A stretch of DNA of 29,428 nt from Candidatus Fervidifonticultor quintus (GTDB taxonomy: Bacteria; Sysuimicrobiota; Sysuimicrobiia; Sysuimicrobiales; Humicultoraceae), in the NCBI GenBank assembly GCA_031459535.1, contig JAVKIJ010000037.1:1-29428 (forward strand). The letters run 5' to 3'. Positions 1-9,155 of this stretch are shown piece after piece (position 1 is the first letter of the stretch; each line of letters opens with the position of its first letter). A program made the translations under genes and the position numbers. Below the pieces are notes generated by a model. It made no database searches. It had not been told where the DNA came from and was given only the letters and a program-made list of their open reading frames with translations.

Positions 1-13
1 TATCTCCACGCAT
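1..13 (-). CDS. Possible 5' start of a divergent gene running off the left edge
   Basis: On the minus strand, ATG at 13-11 is preceded by an AAGGAG Shine-Dalgarno (29-24) and a TATAGT -10-like hexamer (67-62). Only 4 codons are visible. Confidence 0.35.
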
Positions 14-83
14 CGTCGTCTGCTCCTTCGAAGAGATCGTTGGCGGCTGCGCTTTGACCAGACTATACGCAGAGGCGTGCACT

Positions 84-97
84 TTGTGAAGCCACAA
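84..97. promoter_or_regulatory. Putative operator palindrome TTGTG-N4-CACAA upstream of the sugar-catabolic block
   Basis: AT-rich inverted repeat ttgtg aagc cacaa in the intergenic region. No cognate regulator is in the window. Confidence 0.3.
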
Positions 98-159
98 GAT
101 ATGGAGCGTTTTTCAGCATCCTGCTAGGAGACGAGGGGCGCCATGCCGGAGGTACCGCG

Positions 160-1104
160 ATGAGGGTGCCTGTGCTCGACTTTCACGCGCACTTCCCCGT
201 CCGCCGGGACTCGCCCGACGAGGACCCCGTCCGGGCCGAGTACGTTCGGCGCTTCGGCGACGGGAAGTGGCAGGCGATCCAGCGCCACCTGGCCGCCGAT
301 CAGGACGCCTGGCGGCGCGCCTGGGGCTTCCCGGCGCCTGAGCCGCCAGGCGACGACGACGAGATGGCGCGCCGCTGGGCCGCAGAGGTCGAACGGCACC
401 ACCTCGTGCGCGTCGTCTTCCTCACAGGTGGCGGCAACGACCGACTGGCCCGCCTGGTCCGATCGTGCCCGGACAAGTTCATCGGATTCGCCCACCACGA
501 CCCCTTCGGGCACGACGCGGCCGGTGCCCTCGAGCGGGCCGTGACCGAGCTCGGCCTGCGCGGCTACAAGATCATCGCACCGCTCCACAGCACCCCCGTC
601 GACGACGCACAACTCTACCCGCTGTGGGAGACGGCAGAACGCCTGGGCATCCCCGTGCTCATCCACTTCGGCCCTCTGCGCTACGAAGGCATCGTGGCCG
701 GGCCAAATGTCAGCCCACTGGTCCTGCAGGGCGTCGCGCGCGCCTTCCCCACGGTGCCGTTCGTCGTGCCGCACTTCGGGTGCGGGTACCCCCGGGAGCT
801 GCTGCACCTAATGTGGGTGTGCGGGAACGTCTACGTGGACACCTCGGGCAGTAATGAGTGGATGCGCTGGATGCCGTACGACCTGGACCTAAAGGCGCTG
901 TTTCGCAAGTTCCTCGAGACCGCGGGGCCCGAACGCATCATCTTTGGCACCGACTCGTCGTGGTTCCCACGGGGGTTTGCGGTCAGGTATCTCGACGAGC
1001 AGCTGCGCGCGTGCCGGGAGATCGGGGTCAGCGAGCACGCCCTGCGGCTCATCTTCGCGGGGAACGCCGCCCGCCTGCTCGGGATCTCGCTCTCCGAAAC
1101 ATAG
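160..1104 (+). CDS. Amidohydrolase family protein (Amidohydro_2 type, metal-dependent TIM barrel)
   Basis: N-terminal DFHAH (HxH) motif, GIPVLIHFG, PHFG, NVYVDTSG and C-terminal IIFGTD...GNAARLL; GGAGGT RBS at 148-153. Confidence 0.9.
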   Translation: MRVPVLDFHAHFPVRRDSPDEDPVRAEYVRRFGDGKWQAIQRHLAADQDAWRRAWGFPAPEPPGDDDEMARRWAAEVERHHLVRVVFLTGGGNDRLARLVRSCPDKFIGFAHHDPFGHDAAGALERAVTELGLRGYKIIAPLHSTPVDDAQLYPLWETAERLGIPVLIHFGPLRYEGIVAGPNVSPLVLQGVARAFPTVPFVVPHFGCGYPRELLHLMWVCGNVYVDTSGSNEWMRWMPYDLDLKALFRKFLETAGPERIIFGTDSSWFPRGFAVRYLDEQLRACREIGVSEHALRLIFAGNAARLLGISLSET

Positions 1105-1110
1105 ACGGCC

Positions 1111-2091
1111 ATGCCCTCGAGAAACCGCCCCCGGCGTTCGCGAGCGTCGCAGACACCCGAGGTCGTCGTGGTCGGCAACATATACTGCGATCTCATCTTC
1201 CTGGACCTGGCATCGCCGCCCGTGCTGGGCGAGGAGCGGCGCACGACTCAGTTCACCCTGGCCGTTGGCGGTGGCGGATACATCACGACCGTGGGGCTCG
1301 CGCGGCTGGGCGTGCGCACCGCCGTCCGCGCCTACGTCGGGCGCGACCTGCTGGGGCAGTTCCAGCTGGATTCGCTGCGGCGCGAGAAGGTGGACACTTC
1401 CCTTGTCCGTCGCCACCCGCGATTGGGATCAGGGCTCACCGTAGCGTTCTCGACGGCGGGGGATCGGGGATTCCTCACCTATCCGGGGTGCGCCCTGGAG
1501 GCCGGCAGGCTGCTCGACGACAGGACCCTGGCGGTCCTGCGTCGTGCGCATCACGTGCACTTCGCGGGCATGATCCCGCCGTTCCGCGCCCGGCTGCCGC
1601 TGCTGGAACGGCTGCAGGCCGCGCACGTGACCACCTCGCTGGATATCGGCTGGAACCCATCCCGGTACCGCGACCCGGACTTCCGCCAGGTCATCCGGCG
1701 CGTGACGGTCTTCATGCCGTCTTGGCGCGACGCGCAATGGCTGACTGGTCAGCCAATCCCCCAGGACGCCGTCCGGGCGTTGGGAGAGATGGTACCGGTG
1801 GCTGTGATCAAACTGGGCGCCGAGGGCGCCATTGGCATCGAGGACGGCCGCGTGGCACGGGCACGCCCGCCTGAGGTCACACCTCTGGACACCACGGGCG
1901 CGGGCGACGCGTTTGACGCCGGGTTCATCTGGGCCTACCTGCGCGGCGAATCGCTGGCCCGGTGCCTGCTGGCCGGCAACATCTGTGGCGCGCTCTCCAC
2001 CCGCGCGCCGGGCGGCACCGCCGCGTTCCCACGGCTCCGCCACCTGTTGCGGGTGTTGCGGGAGATGGCGCGGCGGGAGGCCATCGCATGA
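1111..2091 (+). CDS. PfkB/ribokinase family carbohydrate kinase
   Basis: N-terminal VVVGNIYCDL, GG...LARLG, IKLGAEG and the DTTGAGDAF PfkB signature. Confidence 0.92.
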   Translation: MPSRNRPRRSRASQTPEVVVVGNIYCDLIFLDLASPPVLGEERRTTQFTLAVGGGGYITTVGLARLGVRTAVRAYVGRDLLGQFQLDSLRREKVDTSLVRRHPRLGSGLTVAFSTAGDRGFLTYPGCALEAGRLLDDRTLAVLRRAHHVHFAGMIPPFRARLPLLERLQAAHVTTSLDIGWNPSRYRDPDFRQVIRRVTVFMPSWRDAQWLTGQPIPQDAVRALGEMVPVAVIKLGAEGAIGIEDGRVARARPPEVTPLDTTGAGDAFDAGFIWAYLRGESLARCLLAGNICGALSTRAPGGTAAFPRLRHLLRVLREMARREAIA

Positions 2092-3437
2092 AGCTGGCCG
2101 TCATCGGTGGCGGGGGATTCCGAACGCCGCTGCTGGTCGCGGGTCTCATCGCGCGCCGCGAGCGCCTGCCTGTGGACTGGGTGGTGCTCCACGACCTGGA
2201 CGCCACAGCCCTCGAGGTGGTGGCGGCGCTGGCCGACGTCATGCTGGCGCGCAGCGGCAGGTTGTTCAGAGTGCGCACGACGACCGATCTCGACGAGGCC
2301 CTGGACAGCCCGGCCTTCCTCATCACCAGCATTCGGGTCGGTGGGCTCGAGGGCCGCATCATCGACGAACAGGTGCCGCTGGCCCATGGGGTCATAGGGC
2401 AGGAAACCACGGGCCCCGGCGGCTGGGCCATGGCGCTGCGGACCATCCCGGTGCTGCGCGACATCGCAGCGCGCCTGCGGCGTTCCGCTCCGGATGCGTG
2501 GATCATCAACTTCACCAATCCCGCAGGGCTCATCACGCAGGCGCTGGTCTCCTCGGGCGAGCCGCGCGTGATCGGCATCTGCGACAGCCCGCCAGCGCTG
2601 GCCGACCGGATCGCCGCGGCCCTGGGTCTGCCGGCATCCGCCATGCGACTCGACTACCTGGGGCTCAACCACCTAGGATGGGTACGGGCCGTGTGGGTGG
2701 ATGGCACCGACCGGCTGCCGGACATTCTGGCGCGCGACGAGGTCGTCCGATCCGTCTACGGCCGGCCGCTGTTCGAGCCGGACGAAGTGCGGCGGCTGGG
2801 CCTGCTGCCCAACGAGTACCTCCACTACTACTACCACCACGATGAGGCCCTCCGACGCCTCCGACGCGCGCCGCAGACCCGCGGCCAGGCCGTCGCACAG
2901 ATGGCGGCGCGTCTGCGGGGGGCGGTGCTCGACGCGCTAGCCCGCGGCGAGGATCCGTGGTCTGTCTACGAGCAGGCCGTCTTCGCGCGCCGGTCTTCGT
3001 ACATGGCCACCGAGACCGGCCGGGCGAGGGATCTGGCCATGATGGGGGGACATGTCGAGGGCGGCTACGCCCGGGTGGCGCTGGGCGTCATAGAGGCGAT
3101 GTTACATTCGGATCAGCGGGAGGTCATTGTCAACACCGTCAACCGGGGCGCCATTGACGACTTCGCCGAGGACGACGTGGTGGAGGTCCCGTGCAGGCTC
3201 GGCCGGGACGGGCCCCACCCGCGCCCGATGGGATCCATGCCGGGCCAGGTGCGAGATCTCGCAGTGCGGGTCAAGGCCTACGAGCGGCAGACGGTGGCGG
3301 CGGCGTTGACCGGTTCCTGGCAGACGGCAGTCGAAGCCCTGCGCGCACACCCGCTGTTGCCGTCGCCTGCGGTCGCCGACGCCGTGGCCGAGGACCTGCG
3401 GTACCGCCACGCGCCGCGTCTCGACTACCTCCACTAG
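2088..3437 (+). CDS. Glycoside hydrolase family 4 (NAD+/Mn2+-dependent; 6-phospho-beta-glucosidase-like)
   Basis: MKLAVIGGGG Rossmann start, IRVGG, GQETTGPGG, INFTNP, GICD and GLNH motifs. The start at 2088 overlaps the kinase stop (ATGA), so it is shorter than the ORF-track call. Confidence 0.92.
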   Translation: MKLAVIGGGGFRTPLLVAGLIARRERLPVDWVVLHDLDATALEVVAALADVMLARSGRLFRVRTTTDLDEALDSPAFLITSIRVGGLEGRIIDEQVPLAHGVIGQETTGPGGWAMALRTIPVLRDIAARLRRSAPDAWIINFTNPAGLITQALVSSGEPRVIGICDSPPALADRIAAALGLPASAMRLDYLGLNHLGWVRAVWVDGTDRLPDILARDEVVRSVYGRPLFEPDEVRRLGLLPNEYLHYYYHHDEALRRLRRAPQTRGQAVAQMAARLRGAVLDALARGEDPWSVYEQAVFARRSSYMATETGRARDLAMMGGHVEGGYARVALGVIEAMLHSDQREVIVNTVNRGAIDDFAEDDVVEVPCRLGRDGPHPRPMGSMPGQVRDLAVRVKAYERQTVAAALTGSWQTAVEALRAHPLLPSPAVADAVAEDLRYRHAPRLDYLH

Positions 3438-3564
3438 CGACCCCGACACGTGGGCGCCTGCGCACGTCCTGGAACATGCCCGCCCGAAGGGCATCACTGC
3501 TCACCGTCGAACCAGTCCTGGGGTCCATATCCACCAGTCCGAAAGATCCCGGAGGTCACGGCGA

Positions 3565-4356
3565 ATGTTCACCAACCCGGTCAAGACCCGTCTCAAGCAA
3601 GGCCTGCCCGTCGTCGGCACCTGGATCAGCCTGCCGGCGCCGTCGGTCGCGGAGCTGCTCTCCTCGTTCAAGCCCGACTGGCTCGTGTTCGACACCGAAC
3701 ATGGCCCGGCGACCCATGAGCGCCTGGAGGACCTGCTCCGCGCCATCAAGGGCACGGACGTGGTGCCCATCGTCCGCGTCCTGAACAACGACATGGGGCT
3801 GATCAAGCAGGCGCTGGACCGCGGCGCGTATGGCGTCCTCGTCCCGCTGGTCAACACCGCCGAGCAGGCCCGGGCCGCCGTGGCCGCGGCGAAGTATCCG
3901 CCGGTCGGCATTCGCGGTGTGGCCGGCACCCGCGTGACCCGCTATGGCATGGATCTGCCCGACTACTTTGCCAGGTGGAACGAACTGGTGCTCGTGATCG
4001 TGCAGATCGAGACCACCGAGGCCCTGGAGAACGTCGAGGCCATCGCCGCCGTGCCAGGCGTCGATGTGCTGTTCGTGGGCCCCAACGACCTGTCGGCGAC
4101 CCTGGGCATCTTCAGGCAGTTCGACAATCCTAAGTTCACCCAGGCTCTCGAGCGCGTCAAGGCCGCGGCCAGGAAGCACGGCGTGGCCACCGGGTACATG
4201 GCGTCCACCACCGAAGAGGTGCTGGCGCGCATTGACGAGGGCTTCCAGTTCGTCTCCCACGGCAGCGACGCGCGCTTCCTGACCAGCGCAGCGCGGCCGG
4301 CATTCGAGAAGATCCGCGAGGGACTGGCCGCGCGCTACGCCTCCGCCAGAGTGTAG
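3565..4356 (+). CDS. HpcH/HpaI (GarL/RhmA-like) class II pyruvate aldolase
   Basis: DTEHG, VRV, LDRGAYG, YPPVGIRG, VQIET and FVGPNDLS motifs; GGAGGT RBS at 3551-3556. Confidence 0.92.
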   Translation: MFTNPVKTRLKQGLPVVGTWISLPAPSVAELLSSFKPDWLVFDTEHGPATHERLEDLLRAIKGTDVVPIVRVLNNDMGLIKQALDRGAYGVLVPLVNTAEQARAAVAAAKYPPVGIRGVAGTRVTRYGMDLPDYFARWNELVLVIVQIETTEALENVEAIAAVPGVDVLFVGPNDLSATLGIFRQFDNPKFTQALERVKAAARKHGVATGYMASTTEEVLARIDEGFQFVSHGSDARFLTSAARPAFEKIREGLAARYASARV

Positions 4357-4438
4357 CGCGCCGACCTCTGCCCGGGCCCAGAACCCGGGTTGCACGTCCC
4401 GCGCTGACTGCGCGGGGCAGGAGTTAGTGGGCGGTGAA

Positions 4439-4460
4439 TAGTATACTAAATTGTATACAA
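4439..4460. promoter_or_regulatory. Tandem GntR/FadR-type operator palindromes overlapping a -10 box
   Basis: Two perfect 10-bp palindromes, TAGTATACTA (4439-4448) and TTGTATACAA (4451-4460), fit the GntR GT-N-AC pattern and lie directly upstream of a GntR gene. TATACT (4442-4447) is a plausible -10. Confidence 0.8.
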
Positions 4461-4494
4461 ATAGAGGCGAAAAGCCGCGCGCCGACACAGAGTT

Positions 4495-5187
4495 ATGCCG
4501 CACCAAACGCGCACGTCCCGCACCCGTTGGTCGCCTTCCCTTCAAGAGCTGGCCTATCACCGCCTGCGGGCCGACATCATACGCGGGGTGGCCCCTCCCG
4601 GATCAAACCTGCAGGAGGCCGATCTCAGCCAACGCCTCGGTATGAGCCGTACGCCCCTGCGGGAGGCGATCCGGCGGCTCTCGGAAGAAGGCCTCGTGGA
4701 GGTCCTGCCGTACAAAGGCGCCCGGGTCGTCCACCTGGATGGCAGGCAACTCCACGAGCTCTTCGATGTCCGCGAAGCCGTCGAAGGCATGGCTGCCCGC
4801 CTGGCGGCCACACGCGCGTCCAGACCGCAGCTGGACCGGACGCGGCAGGTGCTCCGGGCGCGGCTGCGGCAGGTGAGCCGCGCGGGCGCCCGGTACCGCG
4901 CTCCGGCCCTGGACTTTCACCAGGAGATCGTCAGGGCTGCCGGCAACCGGCTGCTGTCCGACGTCGCCCGTCGGCTCTATGCCCGGCTCTGGCTGGCGCG
5001 AACCGTCTCGGGAGCGTTTCGAGAGCGCGCCGCCGACGCGGCGCGTGAGCACCTGGAGATCCTCGATGCCATCGCGCGCCGCGATGCTGATGTCGCCGAG
5101 CGCCTGATGCGCCAGCACATCCGGCGCTCGCGCGAGAACCTCCTTCGCTACCTCGAGGAATCCAGACGGGTGCCCCTGCAGCCATGA
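4495..5187 (+). CDS. GntR family transcriptional regulator (FadR/FCD ligand domain)
   Basis: wHTH motif LGMSRTPLREAIRRL; FCD metal-site residues DFH..GN..EH..H. Confidence 0.93.
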   Translation: MPHQTRTSRTRWSPSLQELAYHRLRADIIRGVAPPGSNLQEADLSQRLGMSRTPLREAIRRLSEEGLVEVLPYKGARVVHLDGRQLHELFDVREAVEGMAARLAATRASRPQLDRTRQVLRARLRQVSRAGARYRAPALDFHQEIVRAAGNRLLSDVARRLYARLWLARTVSGAFRERAADAAREHLEILDAIARRDADVAERLMRQHIRRSRENLLRYLEESRRVPLQP

Positions 5188-6386
5188 ACGGCCTGGACGC
5201 CTATCTCAGCCCGTTCGCGCGCCGGCCCGAGGTGCAGGGGGCGCTGCGGGTCCGTCCCGACATCGTCGTGTGCGACTGCACCGCGCGTGAGGGCGAGCAG
5301 GCCGCCGGGGTGGACTTTGGCGTTGAGATCAAGGTCGAGCTGCTCCGCCGGCTGGACGCCATGGGCATCCCCCAGGCTCAGGCCGGCTACCCGGCCAAGT
5401 CGGCGGCCGACGCGGAGGCGATCCGCCGGGTTCGCGGGCTCGGGCTGCGCATCAAGATCGAGGCCATCGCGCAGGTCTTCGACGCCAACTGGCGCGACGA
5501 GGTGGACGCGGCCGTCGCCTGTGGTGCGGACATCGTGGACATCCAGCTTCCCTGCTCTGACCAGCGGCTGCGGCTGCTGCACCACATGACGCGGGAGGAG
5601 ATGCGCGACCGTGCCGTCCAGGCCATTCGCCACGCACGGGGCCGCGCGCCAGTGGTGCGCTTCGCGCCCACGGACACCACGCGGGCCGACCTGGACTACG
5701 TGCGCAGCCTCTATCACACCGCGCTCGAGGCCGGTGCCGAGCGCATCTCGCTGGCAGATACCGCCGGCGCCATGTTCCCGCCGGCCATGCGGTGGCTGGT
5801 CGGCGAGGTCACGCGCGAGTTCGGCGTCCCGCTCCAGGTTCACTGCCACAACGACTTCGGCCTGGCCCTGGCCAACACCCTGGCCGCAGCGGAAGCCGGC
5901 GCGGCCATCCTCGACGTGACCATCAACGGCCTTGGTGAGCGCGCGGGGAATGCCAGCCTGGACGAGCTGGTGGTGGCACTGGAAGCCTTCTATGGCGTGC
6001 GCACCGGCATTCGCACCGAGGCGCTGTATGACCTGGCGCATCAGCTCGCCGCGTGGACGGGCATCGCCGTGCCGGATCACAAGCCGCTGGTCGGCGCGCA
6101 CGCGTTCGCCCACAAGCTGGAGGGGCATGTGCGCGGGGTGCTGGTCTCGCCACCCCTGTACGAGCCCCTGCCGCCCGAGGCGGTGGGCAACCGGCGCCGC
6201 ATCCCTATCGGGAAGTACAGCGGGGTCTACGCCATCCGGTACCGCCTCAAGCAGGCGGGGATCGAGATCACCGACGACCAGGCCCGCAGGGTGCTCGCGG
6301 CGCTGGCGCGAGTGTGGGAGGAGACGCCAGGCGGCAGTCTCTCCGACGAGGCGTTCCTGACCCTGGCCGAGGACGCGCTACGCTGA
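5184..6386 (+). CDS. DRE-TIM Claisen-condensing synthase (homocitrate/citramalate/isopropylmalate synthase family), no C-terminal regulatory domain
   Basis: [43 protein letters not shown] and GKYSG motifs; ATGA overlap with the regulator. Confidence 0.88.
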   Translation: MNGLDAYLSPFARRPEVQGALRVRPDIVVCDCTAREGEQAAGVDFGVEIKVELLRRLDAMGIPQAQAGYPAKSAADAEAIRRVRGLGLRIKIEAIAQVFDANWRDEVDAAVACGADIVDIQLPCSDQRLRLLHHMTREEMRDRAVQAIRHARGRAPVVRFAPTDTTRADLDYVRSLYHTALEAGAERISLADTAGAMFPPAMRWLVGEVTREFGVPLQVHCHNDFGLALANTLAAAEAGAAILDVTINGLGERAGNASLDELVVALEAFYGVRTGIRTEALYDLAHQLAAWTGIAVPDHKPLVGAHAFAHKLEGHVRGVLVSPPLYEPLPPEAVGNRRRIPIGKYSGVYAIRYRLKQAGIEITDDQARRVLAALARVWEETPGGSLSDEAFLTLAEDALR

Positions 6387-7645
6387 TGGCTCGCCTGACC
6401 ATCGCCGAGAAGATCCTCTCGCAGAAGAGCGGCCGCGACGCCCGCGCCGGGATGTTCGTCACCGCTCGTGTGGATGTGGTGATGGCCCACGACGGCAACC
6501 GGCCCATCGCCATCGATACGCTCCGGGAACTGGGCTTCGAACGGCCGGCGCATCCCGACCGCGTGGTGCTCGTCCTGGACCACGCCGTGCCACCCCCAAC
6601 CCAGGTGGTGGCCAACATCCACGGGCGGATGCGGGCATTCGCCGCCACCTGGGGCACGCACCTCACCGAGATCGGCCATGGCATCGGCCATCTGGTGCTG
6701 CCCGAGGGTGGTCACGTCCGGCCGGGCGACCTGGTCGTGGCCTCGGACTCGCACACCACCACCATTGGCGCGGTGAACTGCCTGGCCACGGGCGTCGGCT
6801 CCTCGGATCTGGCGCTGGCCCTGGCACGAGGCGAGCTCTGGTTCCGCGTGCCGTCTACGCTGCGTGTGGTACTCGAGGGCGCCCTGGCCGAGGGCGTCTA
6901 CCCCAAGGACATCGCCCAGTACCTGATCCGCCGCCTCGGACTGCACCGGTGCAACTATCGCTCGTTGGAGTTCGAGGGCTCGGCCGTCGAGACCATGAGC
7001 ATGGACGGCCGCTTTACGCTGGCCAACGTGGCCGTCGAGCTGGGTGCCAAGTGCGCCATCTTCCCGCATGACGGCACGCTGCGCGCCTGGCTCCGTGACC
7101 GCGTCGGCGGCGAGCCCGTGGGGGTGGCGGCGGACCCTGACGCGGAGTATGAGGAGACGTATCAATTCGATCTGACAGGGCTTCGGCCCCAGGTGGCGCG
7201 ACCGCACTCGCCGGCCGATGTGGTAGACGTGGACGAGGTGGCGGGGACACCGGTGCACTCCGTGTTCATCGGCACGTGCAGCGCCGGGCGCTTCGAAGAC
7301 CTGGAGGCCGCGGCACGGGTGCTGCGGGGCCGCAGCATTGCCCGCGGGGTGCGGCTGATCGTCGTCCCGGGATCCGCCGAGGTCTTCCGTCGAGCGGTCC
7401 GGCAGGGCATCGCGGAGACCCTGCTCGCTGCGGGCGCCACGCTGGTCACCCCGGGATGCGGGCCGTGCGCTGGCGTCTCCCAGGGCGTGCCCGGCGACGA
7501 CGAGACGGTCGTCGCCACATCGCCGCGGAACTTCCGGGGCCGCATGGGCAATCCCAAGGCGCAGATCTTCCTGGCCTCGCCGGCCACCGCGGCGGCCTCA
7601 GCGGTGGCTGGCGCCATCACCGATCCCAGGCGGTTCCTGTCGTGA
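6386..7645 (+). CDS. Aconitase-family hydro-lyase large subunit (LeuC/HacA/DmdA-like)
   Basis: TIAEKIL, DH and DSHT motifs, [4Fe-4S] cysteines in IGTCSAGR and PGCGPC, and RNFRGRMG. True start ATG 6386 overlaps the upstream stop (TGATG). Confidence 0.92.
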   Translation: MARLTIAEKILSQKSGRDARAGMFVTARVDVVMAHDGNRPIAIDTLRELGFERPAHPDRVVLVLDHAVPPPTQVVANIHGRMRAFAATWGTHLTEIGHGIGHLVLPEGGHVRPGDLVVASDSHTTTIGAVNCLATGVGSSDLALALARGELWFRVPSTLRVVLEGALAEGVYPKDIAQYLIRRLGLHRCNYRSLEFEGSAVETMSMDGRFTLANVAVELGAKCAIFPHDGTLRAWLRDRVGGEPVGVAADPDAEYEETYQFDLTGLRPQVARPHSPADVVDVDEVAGTPVHSVFIGTCSAGRFEDLEAAARVLRGRSIARGVRLIVVPGSAEVFRRAVRQGIAETLLAAGATLVTPGCGPCAGVSQGVPGDDETVVATSPRNFRGRMGNPKAQIFLASPATAAASAVAGAITDPRRFLS

Positions 7646-7654
7646 GGTGAAGCC

Positions 7655-8164
7655 GTGATCATCCGCGGGCGCGTCCATCGGGTCGGCGACGACGTCAACA
7701 CCGACTACATTATCCCTGCCCGGTACAAGAGCCGGACCGAGGACATCGCCGCCCTGGTGTCGGTGCTGTTCGAGGACCTGGACCCCACCCTCGCGTCCCG
7801 TATCCGCCCCGGCGATCTGCTCGCTGCGGGCCACAACTTCGGGATGGGCTCCTCCCGCGAGACCGCGCCACGCCTGCTACGCGCGGCGGGCGTGGGTGCC
7901 GTGCTCGCGCGGTCCTTCGCCCGCATCTTCTACCGCAACGCCGTCAACGTGGGACTGCCGGTCATCGAGTGCGAGACCGCGGGGATCGCAGACGGCGACC
8001 AGGTCGAGATCGACCTGGAACGGGGAGAGGTCCGGGTACCGGCCAGGGGCCTGTCTGTGCCTGCAGCGCCTCTGCCGCCGCTGATGCTCGCGATCCTCAC
8101 CGCCGGCGGGATGAAGCCCTACCTCGAAGCGCAGTCGCGGCAGGCCGGGGAGTCCCACCGATGA
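7655..8164 (+). CDS. Aconitase-family hydro-lyase small subunit (LeuD/HacB/DmdB-like)
   Basis: GDDVNTDYIIP, NFGMGSSRE and SFARIFYRNAVNVGLP motifs; GTG start with a GAGGTG RBS. Confidence 0.92.
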   Translation: MIIRGRVHRVGDDVNTDYIIPARYKSRTEDIAALVSVLFEDLDPTLASRIRPGDLLAAGHNFGMGSSRETAPRLLRAAGVGAVLARSFARIFYRNAVNVGLPVIECETAGIADGDQVEIDLERGEVRVPARGLSVPAAPLPPLMLAILTAGGMKPYLEAQSRQAGESHR

Positions 8165-8679
8165 CCGATGCAGGCGCGTTCGTCCTCCTCATCGCCACCG
8201 GCGCGGCCGGCGCCTATCTGGGCCTGCGCTTGCGGCTCCCCGCCGGTGCGCTGCTCGGCGCGCTGATCGCGGTGCTCTTCCTCCACACCGTGATGCCGGT
8301 CCTCCCGTCGGTCAATCCGGTGGTCAGGCGCTGGGTGCAGGTACTGGTGGGCACGGCCCTGGGCTCGCGCGTCTCGCGGGAGACGCTGGGGCGCCTGCGC
8401 CAGGCCATCCCGGTGGCCGTGCTGGTCGTGGCGGCCACCGTCATCGGCACCCTGACCGGTTCGGCGGTCGTGGGATGGATCTTGCACGTCGACCGGGGTA
8501 CGGCCCTGCTGGCGAGCACGCCGGGCGGGATGCCGGAGATGGTGTTGATGGCCGATGCGCTGGACCGCGACGTGCCCACCGTGGTGCTGATCCAATTGAT
8601 TCGGAACATCCTGACGCTGATCGTCCTGCTGCCCGTGGCGCGGCTGCTCACTCCTCGCGCGGCGGAGGAGCTGACGTGA
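8161..8679 (+). CDS. AbrB-family membrane protein, single-repeat half 1
   Basis: Hydrophobic; LPAGALLG, QVLVG..LG, A.LASTPGGMPEM and Q.IR AbrB repeat motifs. ATG 8161 overlaps the upstream stop. Confidence 0.82.
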   Translation: MTDAGAFVLLIATGAAGAYLGLRLRLPAGALLGALIAVLFLHTVMPVLPSVNPVVRRWVQVLVGTALGSRVSRETLGRLRQAIPVAVLVVAATVIGTLTGSAVVGWILHVDRGTALLASTPGGMPEMVLMADALDRDVPTVVLIQLIRNILTLIVLLPVARLLTPRAAEELT

Positions 8680-9155
8680 GCATCCTGGTGACGCTGGCGA
8701 GCGGGGTCGCCGGCGGGTGGCTGGCCTACTGGGCCGGGGTCCCCGCGGGGGCGCTGGTGGGCTCCATGGTGGCGGTGGGGCTGCTGCGGCTGCTGGGCGG
8801 CCCGGTCCGCGAGATCCCCATGGGTGTGCGGCGTGGCGCCCAGGCCGTCATCGGCACCATGCTGGGGACCTCGTTCGGCTGGCAGGAGCTGCCGCTGAGT
8901 AGAGTCCTGCTGCCGGGCCTGGCCCTGGCCGGCCTGCTGTTTGCGCTGGCGGCCACCGTGGCCTGGATCGTGGTTCGGCGCACGGGGTGGTCGTGGAGTG
9001 CAGCCCTGCTCTCGACAGCGCCCGCGGGAATGACGGAGATCTCGCTATCGGCGGACGCGATGGGGCTGGACGCCCCGGTGGTCGCCACGCTGCACCTGAT
9101 CCGCATCACGACGGTTGTAACGCTGGTGCCCTGGTTGGTGAGGTGGTGGCAATGA
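8676..9155 (+). CDS. AbrB-family membrane protein, single-repeat half 2
   Basis: VPAGALVGSM, QAVIG..LG, LSTAPAGMTE and H.IR motifs; GTG start in a GTGA overlap with its own GGAGGAG RBS. Confidence 0.82.
   Translation: MSILVTLASGVAGGWLAYWAGVPAGALVGSMVAVGLLRLLGGPVREIPMGVRRGAQAVIGTMLGTSFGWQELPLSRVLLPGLALAGLLFALAATVAWIVVRRTGWSWSAALLSTAPAGMTEISLSADAMGLDAPVVATLHLIRITTVVTLVPWLVRWWQ

Noticed and set aside
5184-8164. Calling these genes leuA/leuC/leuD or lysine-pathway genes
   Set aside because: There is no dehydrogenase, the motifs are divergent and the context is catabolic or transport, so no symbols were assigned.
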